A stretch of 64,000 nt of DNA from Lingula anatina (GCA_051362555.1 CM120647.1:12872651-12936650); one strand, 5' to 3'. Shown: positions 17,950-41,200, numbered from the stretch's first letter. Program-made: numbers and translations. The notes: generated from the letters alone by a model not told the origin.

Positions 17950-19030
17950 AGGCCACACTTTTTATTTTTATGGATGACATCCTGCGCGCGCACCAATTTT
18001 CGTCCGTTCTCCCAAAAAAAAAAAAAAATCCCCTCCCCCCCCCCCCACCCCCCAAGGAAGTCGGTTGTCGCAAACGTCGTTATTGAATTTGCCGGAAAAT
18101 GCAATCGGCAATCCTCGGCTAGTTTCGCAAGCTCCAAACTGTCATTGTCGACTGCGGAGACATCCGAGTAGTTCCGAGTGCGGAAAATGAGCTTTCTGCG
18201 CATGCGTATTATCACCACGTGGAAATATGGCCGCTTTGCCGTCAAATTCATCTCTAGCATTAATTTCAAAATACACGACAATTAAAGTCATAAAGAGAAT
18301 GGGGGCCATCGTTTTGAATTGGTTTGCCATTGATATTGGACATGGAGATATCACCTTTTTACAATTATACGAAAGGCTGGCCGCGGCCAGCGATCATCGC
18401 CCGGAAAATTTCAGTGACATTCTGTCCAAAGCAGCACATACCAGGTATTTTCTGTAGCGAAAAAAGGGTCGACAAGAGCGTCGTGGTATTTAATTGGTGG
18501 ACTGAAGGTCGGACAGGCCACCCGATAGTTGGCTGCTACGTGTGAGTCGAAGTAGACAAAATGGCATCGACCGAAATACCTTTTTTAGATTTGGTAGTAG
18601 GAAGCATAGGCCTATCTTTGCTTCATTTTTTTAAACAATTCTGTGGAGTGATTACAATGCTTTAATTTTCTGAGAGTACAAATAAAGACACACTGTTTAT
18701 TTGATATTTATTTTATTGATTGCTATACCAACAGAATGCATGAAATAACCTTAAATAGATTTGGTAATATGCAGCATATATATTCATGACTTTTTACCTT
18801 TCTACGAAGTAGGCCCTATTCACAATGCTTTAATATTTTGAGAGCATGGATAAAGACATATTGTTAGTTTGATAGGTGTTTCTATAGTAAATTAGTGTTT
18901 CCAGCTGTGTACTGAAATATAACTTTTCTTAAGCAGTTTTTTTTTTTTGGACTGTTTTTTTTTTCGCCCACTCGCACCGATTTTGGGGTCCCCAGAGGAT
19001 GTCATCCATAAAAATAAAAAAGTGTGGCCT
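17950..19030. mobile_element. Non-autonomous TIR DNA transposon (MITE-like, ~1.1 kb)
   Basis: ~35-bp TIRs AGGCCACACTTTTTATTTTTATGGATGACATCCT / AGGATGTCATCCATAAAAATAAAAAAGTGTGGCCT. No clean TSD and no coding capacity recognised. Confidence 0.7.
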
Positions 19031-19873
19031 TATTGCTATTTCATGGTCTCACTGGTGTTACGTCAGCCTACCGATACAGGGTCGCTTGTCACCTTGGTTG
19101 ATGAGTCAAAAACCATACCTCAGTCCGACATAATAAAAACAACATCAACTTCGGTTTAGCATTTAAAACGAATTTATTGAAATCTAAAAAAAAAAAAAAA
19201 CACTTAATATAGTAGAGTGTATGTAGACGTAGGTAAATTAAATTTTACGAATTTTTCAACCATTTCCCCTGAACCATATAATTGTAGGTAGATTTTAAAC
19301 AAAGTCTTTAAAGATAGTTGCTGAAAATACATTTTGATAAACAATGTGTTGATTTTCACATTCTACGTATTCTTGAATTTGTATCATAAGGTAATTTCCC
19401 AAAAAGATATACATAATAACTTGCTTTCCATTACAGGTTTTCCGATGCAAATGTCAGTTATGTCACGCACTGCTTAAATGCACATACGAGGTATAATCCT
19501 AAGCTACGCTAAAAGATGCATTCTACTCTTACTCTAAACTAAAACGCTATTTCAATAATAATGCAAAATTGATAACATTGACCATAAAATATTTGATGCT
19601 ATTTTAAGCAGTCTTAAAAACTAATAATCATGTATCAAGCTTCGATTGTATACAGGCAATATCAGACTTATTAAAATGGACTTAGAAAAACCCCGGTGAG
19701 TCGCCGTTAAAAGGAAGAATTAAACATAAAACAACGGGCTGGTCACGTGGCTGGTCAGAGGAGGTACCGATGTTACTTGGAAGTGATTTACGAACCCATC
19801 ACACTTGACCAATGCTCCACTCTGACATGACATAATTTATGTAAGGGTAAAGCACTGGTTAGTAAATCTGCGG

Positions 19874-19921
<48 letters not shown>

Positions 19922-20090
19922 ATGAACAAAATATCAACAAATAACAAAATTTAAAAAAAATTGTGAAAATTGTGAAAAAAACAGAGTGCGGATATGTTAC
20001 TTTTCTCTCCCCCCGTATAAGGTTCACTAAGCCACTGACTAGGATGGGGGAATTGACGCTTTTCTAAATAGTCCGTTTTAAGGTGCATAG

Positions 20091-24337
<4,247 letters not shown>

Positions 24338-26065
24338 GTGAAATTTCTTCGAAGTTGAGGAGCTGTGCTGAAATAAAAAAAATTCCGTAGAGTCACATCT
24401 GGCAAAATCGCAGCATTTTTGAAACAGAAAAAAAAATCAAAATGAGCATTTTGCATCTACGACGTAATTCACATTATCTTTTTTCAAAATCACTAAAGCG
24501 GTTTGAAAAGCATTTTATCACATGTTTACGTTTCCCTGCGTTAGTATTTTATGACGTAAGATGGCATCACGTGGCAGGGTATAAATGCAAAACAAAGGTG
24601 GCCCAAGGACACTACTTTGGAGGGCCCCTAAAACAAGCTGTGAAAGATCCGAAAGTATGTCATTTACCGAAATTTGCTGTGACTTCCCAGTGAGGTATGA
24701 ACCAAGAAACGCAATGTTATGTTGCCCTTTTCCCTGTTTGTGTTGATAGTTTTATGTTCATATAAATTTACACCTGGCACTGTAATTATAAATTGGGAGA
24801 ATGGTTTAGAAGTTATGCAGGTCTGTAATTCAGCATAATGTAAGGATCTTTTTTGTTTTGTAAATGTCAAACAATTCCAGATTTTAGCGCGTCCGGAAAG
24901 TAAGTGGAATAGCATTACCTTTCTTCATTGCCCGGGAGTAAGATGCTTCAAATTAATCACCGATACTAAACACCAGACGAGAGCGATAGCGGTGGCCCAG
25001 ATGACCCGGTGCTGAATTTGATGTGAGTATGATACCTGTTGTTTTAGTGGAAAGCTAGATGATGTGTAAAAGAATCAATTACCTGTTTTTTCTTAAAACT
25101 GTCTCAAAATTATGACCTTTGAATTTAAAAACGGCATAAAATAACCATAAGCGCTCGCCTTTACTTTATATTGCTAACCCGTATGTGAACATGTTGTCTA
25201 ATACCCATGCACATTAGCGAAGAGACCAGACTAGAAAGCAAACTTTCTTATCGGTTTTGTCATTTTCACGAGGTCAAAAATTGTATGCTGCAAAAATTTG
25301 TTGTTTGTACAACACGTTATTTCAACTCTTATCTCAATTATTTATCATGAGTTCTAGGTCATTCTAGACTAAATACCTTCGTTGGGAAGTTGTTATTATC
25401 GAACTGCTAAAATAAGAATTTACTTCAACAAATTATAAAAATCAGAACCATTTTCCTTTGGAGCAAGGTTTGATAAATGTCCACAAGTAAACAAATAAAA
25501 AATTAGGTATTAAAGTTCAAATGCGTCACTGAACTCCGGTTAAAACTGTTTAAAAGGCGTTCCTTTTAATTCCTTTGAAATTTCAGAGTCTGGTGTTGCT
25601 AGGTAAAAAGGTAAGACGTGGTGATGCTGGGTGAGAAGAGTCTGCCATGATGCTATCATTTCTTTTCTCTATAAGCATATCACTTACTTTAAGAGTCTAC
25701 ATTAAACCATATACATGTAGATACATTCACAAACTGCACTTTCCCCTTGATATCGCATCATAATAATTTGATATAAAGATTCTCAACTTTAATAAGTAAA
25801 AAGTCACTTGTGAACCAATCAATGTTATATTTCAGGATAAAGATTGTTTTTTTAAAGGTTTAACAAAGAAATGGCTATAGCGCTGAAATCACTGTGATAG
25901 GAATAATCATTTTATCCACACTCACGAACATTACTTTTTAAAATTATCGTCAACATTTTAACTTTAAAATGTGGAGCACCATAGCTGCACAGTTGTGAAA
26001 TGATATTACTTATCTATGGGAGTATATAAATAAATATTCAAAATCTGGAAAACATAACTATTGTA

Positions 26066-26300
26066 CTTACCAGTGCGTTTGCAAAGTGGTGTTTTCAAAC
26101 AACTTTTTTCTAATGTGACACTGAGCACGTTTGTTGACAACAACGCGTTCACTCCCACGCTGAAACTAAGCAGCATTACTTCCTGGTTCACAAACGAGCA
26201 CAGGATGTGACGAGAAAAATATACGACGTTGCAAAAAGTTTGCAACTAAGAGCGGCTGCTTACATTTCTAGAAAACGATATACTCGAAAATCGGAGCTAT
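26066..26300 (-). promoter_or_regulatory. Conserved upstream module of G3
   Basis: Donor CTG|GTAAGT at 26066-26070, GTTGACAACAA and TTCCTGGTT; near-identical to 43942-44130. Confidence 0.45.
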
Positions 26301-27129
26301 GTAAATGTAAAAGTCAGGTCCTGAATTTTTTTTCCAAGAAAAAATAGTACACCAGCAGCTTCACGGATGGCGGTCACCTTTTTTCACGACGAAGCCTTTC
26401 TGGTGGAGCTAAAAATCCCTTATTGCGATAGTTGAGGGTGTACAACTAGATCCATGCATATAGCGACGCGTGATGGGACTCAATCGTTCACTTCTCTGCA
26501 CCTATTTATTATCTAAATTTTCAACATGTTCCCCTTCATCATCAAGGTATATGTAACTCACACCGCGAAAAATATTAATCGTAAATTTGTTAAGATTATA
26601 GTAAGAGTAACAATTTGGTTCATGAGTGAATTTTAAGAGAAATGAGAGATATGGATGTGGATAATAATAATAATAATAATATATTTTATAAATAATACCC
26701 CATCATTTCACATCAAAGTTATATACAATATACAATTTTCAAATCTAAAAAGGCAATATGTTATAGTTTCAGTAACTATACCAGATAATTTGAATTCAAT
26801 TAAAATTTATAAAATTATTATAAGAAATTTATAGCATTTAATATGCTAATTTTTAAACTGTCTTTAAAACTAATAAACAGTCAACGAGCTTTGACTTAAC
26901 CTTTCATTTTCCATTCCAGACAATAACAGGATATCTAAAGTGGATTTGGAGGAGCCCGAATGATCGAGACACCTTAAAGAAGGAAGGAGCTAAAAACCGA
27001 TGGGCTGGTCACTGACCAGACGACTAGGCACCTGCTAGAGCTTGGGTGGCTTAGAAGGGGAGTTTAAGAAGTCATCTTGGAGAGATGAGAGAACCCGTCA
27101 CTGAACTGTAAGGGAGAAATGAGATTTAC

Positions 27130-27161
<32 letters not shown>

Positions 27162-27467
27162 ACAATGACATAACATGATGACTCTCACTAGTGTAAACAC
27201 TTTGGAATTCTGAAAAATGTCACATAAAATCACACAAGAAAATAAGTTGCGACATAATTTATGTACAGGTTAATCTGGTCTTCAAACCTTGAGTTAAGTT
27301 ATTCATTTATCATGACAAAATTTTAAATGAATACGAAATTTAAAGAATCAACCATTATTCATCTGAAAGGAACACGGTGCAATTTTTGTCTCTCCCTATA
27401 TCTGCTTCATTATATAAGCTGAAGGGGTTGATACAATTTAAAACAGTTCTTTTCGAGATGCGCATCA

Positions 27468-30937
<3,470 letters not shown>

Positions 30938-33562
30938 ATTTACATTTTTCCAAAGTTAAAAAACGTGCTGAAATGATAAAATGCATAGATTTACAATTGT
31001 ACATGTGTAAGATACGTTTACTCATGAGTGTCATTTACGTGGTTTTATTAACCTGCTATAAAATATGAATTTTTGTTGTTATTTTTAATGGGCGATGTAG
31101 TAATGCAGTAGCGACTCAACACCGATGAAACCGTCCACCGATCTTTAGAATCATCTATATCAATTCAAGAAGATGCAGACCATTCGCTCTGATACAAAGG
31201 ACGTAAAGGACATATAAGACATGAACGATACATTTTTTTGAGAAAAAAAAACATTATACAGACGTACAGGGTAAATGAATTCTATTCTGGATATTTGTGT
31301 CAATTCAAATGTAGCAGTTGAATAAAAATAGCTAATAATTCACTGCATCGTATGTTTTGACCGTTAAAAACGCGTACTGTGCAAAATATGGAATGACGTA
31401 CACCTTGTTCACTTCACAGTAGAAAATGGCCGCAGAGTTATGTCTTTATGTATAATATTTTTTCCTGACGGGATATCACAATCTTAAAATACTTTTCTAC
31501 ATTAAAGGCTCCCTCAAAATAACGATAACAGGTACGCTGCCTTTTAATAATGATTCAAAATAAGCTTTTATGGAGTGTAAAAATATAAGGCGTTTAGACA
31601 TTTGAAAATTCATATAGAAGCTTATATTAACAATAGCTTAAAGCAATAATAACTCTTCCTTTGTGATTCAAAATTCCGCAAAAAATACATGCTAAACAAC
31701 GCATGAAAATATATTATATTGCATTTCACCACTAAAACGGCTGTTATTGTAGTAAAATTAAAAAAAAAACAGACTGTGCTTGTCAATAGGGCTTTCGGTA
31801 CCTTTCTTCCCGGTCGTCAAGGCATCCGTATCCAAGGATACTGGCGTGGATATTGGCGTGTCACGCGGATTCTCGCGTTCATTCGAGACCAAATGACATC
31901 TGGCGGGATAAGATATAGCAGGCGCATGATGCAATCCTCAGACGTAAGTTGCGAGTTTTTGTACAGTGCGTCGGATAACAAAAGGCCCAGAACGGCACAC
32001 ATTGTAGATATAAATGCATTTTGAGCAATAAGACGATTATTTCGTATGAATCTTATTTTATTGTAATAAAGTGTTGTTGTTGTCTGCTTTTCCCGCGGTT
32101 TTAAGTAGGTCACCAGAAAACCCAGCTCAATATCGCGTGACTATGCAATGTCAGATAGGGCCCCGTCAGTTAAAATCCCTTAAGAGATTTTAACAAAAAA
32201 CCAAACGTTTAGGAAAAAACCCTAGACTAACTTTGAATTCAGGAATGGGGTTGTTGACCATTGGTAAGTACGGGAAAATTGCCGTTTACTCCAGGAAATC
32301 CAATTTTTGGCCAAAACGAAGAGTTATTATGACTTTAAATATTATCATAAGTGATATTTGGATAGCACTATATTTACAAACAACTGCATATGTATATAAA
32401 TAACCTGTAGATATATTATCTAATCACTGCACAACAGAGAACTCATATGCTAACATTCTTATCATTTTTGTCCTTACAATTAGGCCAACAAATACCTGCT
32501 GAATAAATTATGTTTGAGCATGTCAAAACATTCATTCTGTATTCTGGATTAATCTTTGACAGCATATTTCCGTTGAATACATATGCACCTGTAGGGAGTT
32601 TAAATTAGAAGATATTAACTTATCTTCTTAGATAATAAAAAATACACCTTGCCATATTGTCACAACAAAAATAAATTGGGTCGAATTTGCTAATTTGAGC
32701 TAACGTCGTAAGTGCAGGCTTTTAGGGAGAAAATTGTGACGTTGGTTTCAAATAGATCTTCCTCACCTTACAGCGATCAACATAGTTTAAACGCCTATCG
32801 TACAGAAACAGCAGTAGTACGACCTGGTACCAGGGAAGGTACTCAAAAAGATGGCCTTTAATTTCTTTTTCTTTGAAACATTGTAATTAGGGGCTCATAC
32901 CTCCAATAGAAAACAATTAACCAAATGTTGGATCCGGGTTGCAGTTTAAACCATACTGGTAGACATCAACTATGATAACGTTCATGATAATTATTTACTG
33001 AGTCACAGAGTTGCATCAAAAAACAATCACTGCCATATACCTATTCACAAAGCAAGAAAGTTGACAATAAATGCTTGGCCAACCAATCTTCAAAAGGGAT
33101 TGAGGCGGTATATAAAACTACAAAATAGGAGTAGTGTTCATTTTATTGTATTAAGATAAGTATTTTACATCAATGAAACCGGGAAAAAAGCCACTAATGG
33201 GGTTTTTATAAGAGCTTTCCGGCACTTTCCGATTCAAAGGTTCGCCTTTGATACGATGTGGGGTTCATGGCAGACAATATTATTTATTACAATAATGCAA
33301 AAATATGGGAAACCTTCTTTTTTGATAAATGAGACAACTATTGTACCAAAAACACTGTATTGTCGTAGAATAGAGATTGGCTTGTTCTCGGAAGTTAAAC
33401 AATGAAATGAAATCTCTAACATCAATATGATGGGGGACGATATTTAATTTCCTTCATGTATCAACGGCCGCATCACAAGGTTGTATATCAAAATAGATGC
33501 ACAAAGCTGACACAAATATAATAATCTAATCAAACCTTAAACCTACTTTAATTACCCCTTTG

Positions 33563-33880
33563 CTTACTAGCGTATAAGTAGATAAAGAGAAAATAGATGC
33601 TTTTGAAAAGACTAATTGAACACTTGATACTACGCACGTTTTGTTGACAACTAAGCGGTATCTCTCACAAACCAAAATTGTCCTTCCTGGTTGACGAAGC
33701 GAGTACACCACGAACACGAAACAATATGTAAAATATCAACTCACGTGAGTCTAACATAAGTGGGTGCACATCTTTTGGGGTCCAAATTCCATACCGGAAG
33801 TCCTCAAAGAAGCACTTGTTTATATGCGCTATGAATATACTGTACAGCTAAAGCAATGATGACGAGTCTAATAGCTGTTT
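33563..33880 (-). promoter_or_regulatory. Conserved upstream module of G4
   Basis: Homologous to 15982-16460 and 843-1320. Confidence 0.45.
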
Positions 33881-35011
33881 CAGTTATTTGGAAAACATGA
33901 GAAAGAAAGAAAGGTTGATGGTCAACTGCGTTTTTTTAAATTCTGAAAGAAAGGTTTTTGAAGCTAGAAGGTACACTTTCCGCTATTTCCGACTTACATA
34001 CATGCGTTATATATACTAAATTACGTTCGGTTGTCGCCTTGATTGTCACCTTGAAATCAATTGTTCTAAAATTAAAAAGTTAACAGATATCTCACTCCAT
34101 TTGCAAAAGGTAATTTCAGTGGTAACTACAGGCGTCCTCACGGCAACGCTACTTGGTCACAGTTAAAAAATACGATCTTGTTGCCTGAAATTTGAAGACA
34201 TATGAAACGCACTATCTATCTCTGATGTAACAAGTAACATAGATACGTAATTCCTGTCTTTTTTTAATTCTTATTATACAAATGTAGGTGAAGGTTATAT
34301 ACATAATCAGATGATAAGCAATGTGCAGATTGCAACGATATTGAAAGTTTTGATGTAATTTTGGAGGAAATTGGTATTCAGGATTTAATGTTCAAAAACA
34401 ATTACTTACTTTCACTTTCAATCAATATGTTGTTTTGCAGAATTCAGGAAAATGAGATGGACATAAGTCGCAAGGACAACACATTGACCTGAGCCAAAGT
34501 CAATATATATGCAGTATATAAAATTCAACAATTTCCCCTTAACCACTTACATTTAGGTAAATTTTTAACAAACTTGAGGAAGATGGTAACTGAAAATATT
34601 TGAATATTCTTGAATTTGTAATTTTTCAAAAATATATACAATTTATGTAGCCAATTGCATTTTAGTAGCCAAACGTTCACAAGCACAACGAAGCTCAGTG
34701 TTTGCTCAAAATCAAAAAAGGAATGTCCTTAAGACTGAAAATTGTCATTAATTTAAATGAAGAAACGTAATACGATACGAAGTTACAAGATGGGAGAAAG
34801 TAACAATATCAAATTAAATGAACACACATACAAGTACATCAACCATAGAATGGAGCAAGAAGTTTGGCGAAAGGGCAAAACGAAGGCCGACTGATAAGGG
34901 ATGGTGTTGGTTAAAATTAAAATTGAAATAATATTATAAAGTTAGTGATCATCAGGTGAAACTGATAAAACAGTTCAAATACGATAATCACTGCACAAAC
35001 CGCTGCTTAAA

Positions 35012-35014
35012 AAA

Positions 35015-35057
<43 letters not shown>

Positions 35058-35058
35058 A
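35012..35058. repeat. (AAAT)n microsatellite
   Basis: Direct tetranucleotide run. Confidence 0.9.
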
Positions 35059-36050
35059 GCACGACTGGCTTGCACCAGTATCTAAATGTCATAATCCACA
35101 ATGACTAAAACCAGACGTGAGTGCCTGGATGCTGTTCCGACCATCTGTTACTCTCTGTGTTTTCTTAATAAGCCACAGACATCCTAAACTTAAACTATAT
35201 AACCCTTTAGCCCTGCCATTGCCTCCATAAACACACTTTTTTACCGTAACTGTTGTTTTATATAGCCAAATGTTCACAAGCACAACAAAGCTCGGATTTT
35301 GCTCTTGAAAAACCAAATAAGAAATAACTGCATATGACTGAATTTTGTCATTTATTAAAATAGAGAAATGTAATATAATACGAAGTTACAAAATGGGAGA
35401 TATTATCACACATGCATCCCCCATACAATAAAGCAAAAAGTTGGCGTAAGAGCTAAATACTGGTGATGCATGACCACAAGCTGTGAGAGAAGGTCACATC
35501 CCCTCCAATGTTTCCATTACAAATATTTCAATGCAATTGGCAGTTATGTGCAGCGTTTTAGATATACCCCTATGCTAAGGATGCATTCTTACTCTAACCT
35601 TAACTAAAACAACGACTTGCATAATAACACAATGTTGAAAACAATGACAATAAAAACATAAAATATCTCGAAAACTAACAATCAGTTAACAAACTTTGAT
35701 TGTATACTATTTATCATTCCAGGCAATAACGGGTGACGTTACAAAAAACTGTGATGCTCAATCAGAACCTGTTCAAAGATTAACTATTTTAGATAAGATA
35801 CATTCAATCGCATCTCTGTAAAAAACATTATCGTGGTATGATGGAAATTAAGTATTAAATTTTGTACATCCTACAGAATATAATTTATGTAAAGGTAAAG
35901 CAATGGTAGTCTATGATAAAGGTATTCTCTTGGCATGACAAAATTGAAACAAAATATAACAACTCATTTTATACAGGACGGTGACACATGCTTTACTGTA
36001 CATAGTTCAGTTAGCTTAGGCGGTCATGCAGTTGAAAACAGTTCGTGTAA

Positions 36051-37880
36051 TCAAGAACATAGAACGCCAGCGTCTTCACCGTGATGACAGTTTTCAATTC
36101 CCCAACCGCTGTGACTACACGATCCAATGTTGGATTCGGAGCCTGTGCAGCCGACATCATCCAACCATAGGCCTATGGTTCCACTACCTTGTCCGAAATA
36201 CGCTTCTCGTACGGCAACTGCGTTGGAATAGGGAAGATTTAACGACTTGCAGAAAACTTGGGCATCAGTGTTATCCCAGCTGTCATCGCACACTGTTCCC
36301 CAGACTCTATTATGATACACTTCAACTCTGCCACCATATTTTCCATTGATATTTATTCCAACAAGACGGTACGGGTGACGGTGCAGCAAAGCTGGAATGT
36401 TCAATCAAAACCTTGTCAAAGAGCAAGTATTTCAATTATGACCATTCGCGAGTTTGTATTTGAGAGAGCCATATTCTGTCATGGAATAACTGAAATACAT
36501 AGACCCCGACCCCACATTATGGAACGACCCCGGATTATGGAACAAAACCGGAAGTTTGCCCTTTTTACCCAGCATGCAGAGCGTAAAAATCCCCATTGTC
36601 ATGAAAGTTTCAAGCGTCTGCTACAATGTATCAAACGCGCTATGCAGACGCACGTTATGACCTGATACAATTTAGGTGTTAGCGTTTGAATGTTAGTTGC
36701 TCTCAAATTTGATAAAATTAATAATGAACTTACGTTTATTCAAGCAAGTTTTAAAGTCGTTTATCGTCCGCTTTCGTCTGCACTTGTTACTGTCAGTTTC
36801 CGATCTCGATTTCTAACTTTTTCATACTGGTTACGGGTAGATACATCGATCGCTGTGGATGTAAACACGGTCGTCTTTTACTGCTATAAGTATTGTAGCC
36901 TAACTTGTCTCATCTCTATTTGTTTGTGCTTCTTGTTCTCGGCTTATTGAAATAATTTGAAAACATCCACTTTCAAGAGGTTGAAGTATTCCAAGATATC
37001 ATAAAAATGGCTTTGATGTTGGGCATAGCTGTGGGTGCTTTCTGTTCACTGTAAACTGCCGCTAGAGAACGCTACGAGCGCTATTAGACTCAAGCGACTT
37101 GTGAAATAAATAGGGGCCTACATTTGTTCTCACAAAATAACACTTAATGTTGACTTTTGTATTGGCATTATGCGAGAAAAAATCGTTACTGACCTTTTTC
37201 AGCTCGATAAATTTCAGCATACCAGAGAGGAAATTATAGGCCTACTCTTATTCAATATCAGAGGCGGCACGTAGGCCTATATTTGAGGTACCAAACACGA
37301 TCATTTTTAATCATATTTCAGGTAGGCCTACACAAATGACACATGATTGATGTTTGTTCTGATGAAAATAAAAATTTAAAAAAAATTAGACTTATGAATC
37401 ATTTCGGGCCTACTAGGTTTGCGCCTTTGCTGGGAGTTTAATCTTAAAACTTCTTATTTCAACTATCTCTATCCTTCTTCTATTTTTCTTAAATATACCA
37501 CAGGTGCTCTCAAGGGAGGTGGTCATGGGAAGTTGGCCCTCAGTCACTCTGATGAGGCAGCTCTAGTCCACTACTGCCTTATTATGAGTGAATGGGGGTT
37601 TCCCCTCACCAAAGACTAGGAGTCTGCAAGTTTGCACTGGCGGTAAAAACATAAGGATAGGCCTATGGGCTTTTCAGCGTCGAACGGCTGGTCACTGGTG
37701 GGATCGGTTCATGAATCGACATCCCGAGTTGTCCCTTAGAAAACCGGGAAGGATAAATAGGTGCAATATAGTGAAATAAAAAACATGCTAAATAAATGAA
37801 AAATAATGAGAAAATGAAATTTGTCTTCAAATAAAGATTTGAACGGATATCGGAAAATACGAAAACATTATTTAAAGACT

Positions 37881-37927
<47 letters not shown>

Positions 37928-38192
37928 AAAGAAGAGCTGTAGAAAAAATGAGAAAAGCCGAAGATCCATGGCGCTAAGCGAAGAATGGAGAAAGAGGAGA
38001 AGAGAAGATCGGGCGAAGAGAGGGAGAGGAAGAAGGCTGAGGTACGAGGGCGAAAGGCACAGATGGCATTGGAGGTGAAACGTACGTAGAAAAGAGAAGA
38101 AGGAAGATGAGAGAAGAAAGAATTTTACGTTGCGTTGTTTGTACAGCCTAGGTCCCAACCGAACGAACGGGCTGCTATGTGTGGTCTACGGC

Positions 38193-38227
<35 letters not shown>

Positions 38228-41200
38228 GAAAACGTGGGAGTTCGTGCGTGAGGAGCACGTCCATCGTGCTACTTTTGGAGGACGCAAACAGCACGTAGTA
38301 ACTTTTCGACATGATCAACAGCCACTACTTGCGATCTAGCTACGTCCTAGCCGGACGCAAGGAACTAAAAAACCGTGCGTCCAAAACGTATTTGGGACCT
38401 AGGCTTAACGCGCAAGAACATTTCACTTGCGCTAAAACCCCTACATTTTTGGACATTTTCCTGTGTTATATCTGCTGGAATTTATCTCAGTAAAGGAGAA
38501 ACATTGGTTGAGTTCTTTTGTTTTATATCCTTTAAAATATTTATATTGTTTTTTTTTCTTATTTATACCGCAAAAGTAGGCCTAAACATGGGCCTACAAG
38601 TGATATGTTCTTGTGCGTTACAATCAACGCAACGTAAAAATAAACATACATATACGTACATAAAACAAACGCACATTATTATCCCATATGGTGAACAGAG
38701 TTGCGAGACAGTATAATAATGGAATAAATTGCAGTGATTTCGTTTTATGGAGTTAAATGTTAAATGCATTTTATAAAGGTCAGTGATGTTAAAAAACTGA
38801 ATATATTCATCTCTTTGTTAGTGCTGTGACCTAACAAAGAGATGAATAGTCTGTTACATGAGTTCTCCGTCATTTTTTTATTTTTATTTACTTATTTTTA
38901 TTGTATTTGTCACACTTTCGATAAATTCTTTGTTGGTGGTATGTGAGCTGTTAATGTTAATTGCTAGTTTTGTCATCATGAATTAAAGGTTTTATTTTGA
39001 ATCATTACTGGTGTTGTTTCCTGAAGGCAGGCCAAATGAATGATCGACGAGTTTTAAAATGAGAAATATCAATATTATTCTTTAAATTCATAATAATGGA
39101 TACAGTATTTTCAATTTGGCATTTTAAATGAACAGACTACTAAACATCGCTTCGATACTCCGACGTAGCGGCAACTTCTCGTTTTGTTCCATAATCCGAT
39201 TCAAGGCAGTGGTAAATGAGTGGGCTATTCCATTTTTTTTAGCAATATTTGTGTTTAAAAGTAAAAGACCAAATAAATATGAATAGTAACAGCTGTTATT
39301 TTCATTGATATTTGCAATATAAAGCGCATTTGCCGTTTTATTGTCTTTTATAGACCCCTTGCGCTACATATTGCCTTGCATCTTATATAACAAACTCTGA
39401 CGCAACGTTATCTGCGCACTTCCGGTTTTGTTCCATAATCCGGGGTTTGAGAACAACACGAAGTTTACCATTATTTTAGCGTTTTTCTCCAATAATGACC
39501 CCAATCTTATGGATTAAGCTTTACAGGATAGTAAATAAAGCTCTATCGTAGCTACATGCAAAGCATTAGAGGTTAGTTTACATTCATTTTTATACACAAT
39601 CTGTGCAAGAATGAAAAACGTCAAATATCGTTCCATAATCCGGGGTCGAGGTCTATAGTTAAAATTTTTTATAGCATGTTTAGGCCTACATTTAGAATTC
39701 ACTCACATTTTATTTTATTAACAACAACACTTATTCTCGTTTTACCTACAGTCTAGTAAAACTGATAAAATCAACAACCAATTTCATGACACGGCATTAA
39801 CCTGATTCACAATCCCTGCCGGTGTATCCAGAAAGGCAGCTGCAAAAATAGGTGCTAGCATAACTCCTGCACGTGGTGCCATTTTGGCAGGGACGCCTGC
39901 GACATAGATATCCTTCTGTAACACAAATAGCAAAATATCGTATCGCGTTAAAATTTGGTATTAATGTCATCAGTAAGACATGATTTCAGTAAAATTCAGT
40001 GAGATAAAGTCGATTATAAATATGCCTCTCTAAACAATGCTCCAGATTTACCCTGTATTTTTAATTAAAACTGTATATAACTCATTTATGTTAAAGCGTA
40101 CCAGAACATACTCTCTATAGATCACAATCAAAATCATTTTAACATATTGTTTGTCAACCTATTTTAATTATTTAATCTCACCCTGGCAATTTGTCCCGTT
40201 GTACGCAGTAGGACACAAACATCGATAAGAATTCACCATGTTAACACACTTCCCACCATTCTGACAAGGACGACTGGAACATTCACCGATTTCTAAAAAA
40301 AGTGTATATTAATAAAACATTATTTCATTTTAAAAACAAAACAACTTATAAATACCGCCAAAAATGTGCACTGACTGTTAATATTAGAATTAAATGTTAG
40401 AGATTTCGAAAATTAAAAATCCCACTTGGTATTTAAGTTTTCATTGCAATAGCCTGAATACTTTCTTTTTACTAGCTAAAGTATCATATCAGGGTGACAC
40501 AATTTGCCAGTAAAACCAGGAGGGCAATCACAGTCAAAACCACCATGATTGTTTCTACAGGTGGCACCCCTGGCACATGGGTTGTTCGTGCATTCATTGT
40601 TGTCTGCCAAAGAAACAAAATATACAGTATTTGTACCTTTCTTTTTATATCGATTTTCTTATTGCAGTTCTTTGGCCCCGTTCACATGACAAGTCTATTT
40701 TCTAAAAATCTATTTTATATTCGCGGTGTCTTGTGATCACGGTCTGTGCCCTGAATACCCCGCGGCGTAATTACTGGCAGCGCGAGCCAGTTACTTCCAA
40801 AGCTGTAATTAATTCTCGGCTGCGCTCGGAGTGATCACAAGATGTGATCATCCCAGCCGTTATTATAGCAAATATGTAATATTCATTATATTCTGCACAA
40901 ACAAATTGCGTTACAAAGATAAAGAAAAGAAAGAATTCGTTTCAAAAACATGTACTTTTTCGATAATAAAAACGCTTGATGCTTTCAAAATGTGTGTGTG
41001 TGTGTTTATTAAATCAGTTTTACCTTAACTTGTGATGGACCCCAAGGAATGGAAAACCTTTCATTGGTCTACCAGGTCATTCAAATTTCACAAACTTATG
41101 GTTTTGTACCTACCGTATTCACACCATGTGAAGAACAAGAACATTGGAACGAGTCCACCGAGTTCTCACACTTGGCACCATTTCTGCAAGGGTTGCTTAG

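Noticed and set aside
31719-32170. GC-richer island with ~100-aa ORFs on both strands
   Set aside because: No recognisable domain and no clear termini; probably a repeat fragment, since it is absent from the paralogous G2 upstream region.
37821-38158. Lys/Arg/Glu-rich and Phe/Leu/Ser-rich ORFs
   Set aside because: Low-complexity (AAAG)n tract within the pogo remnant.
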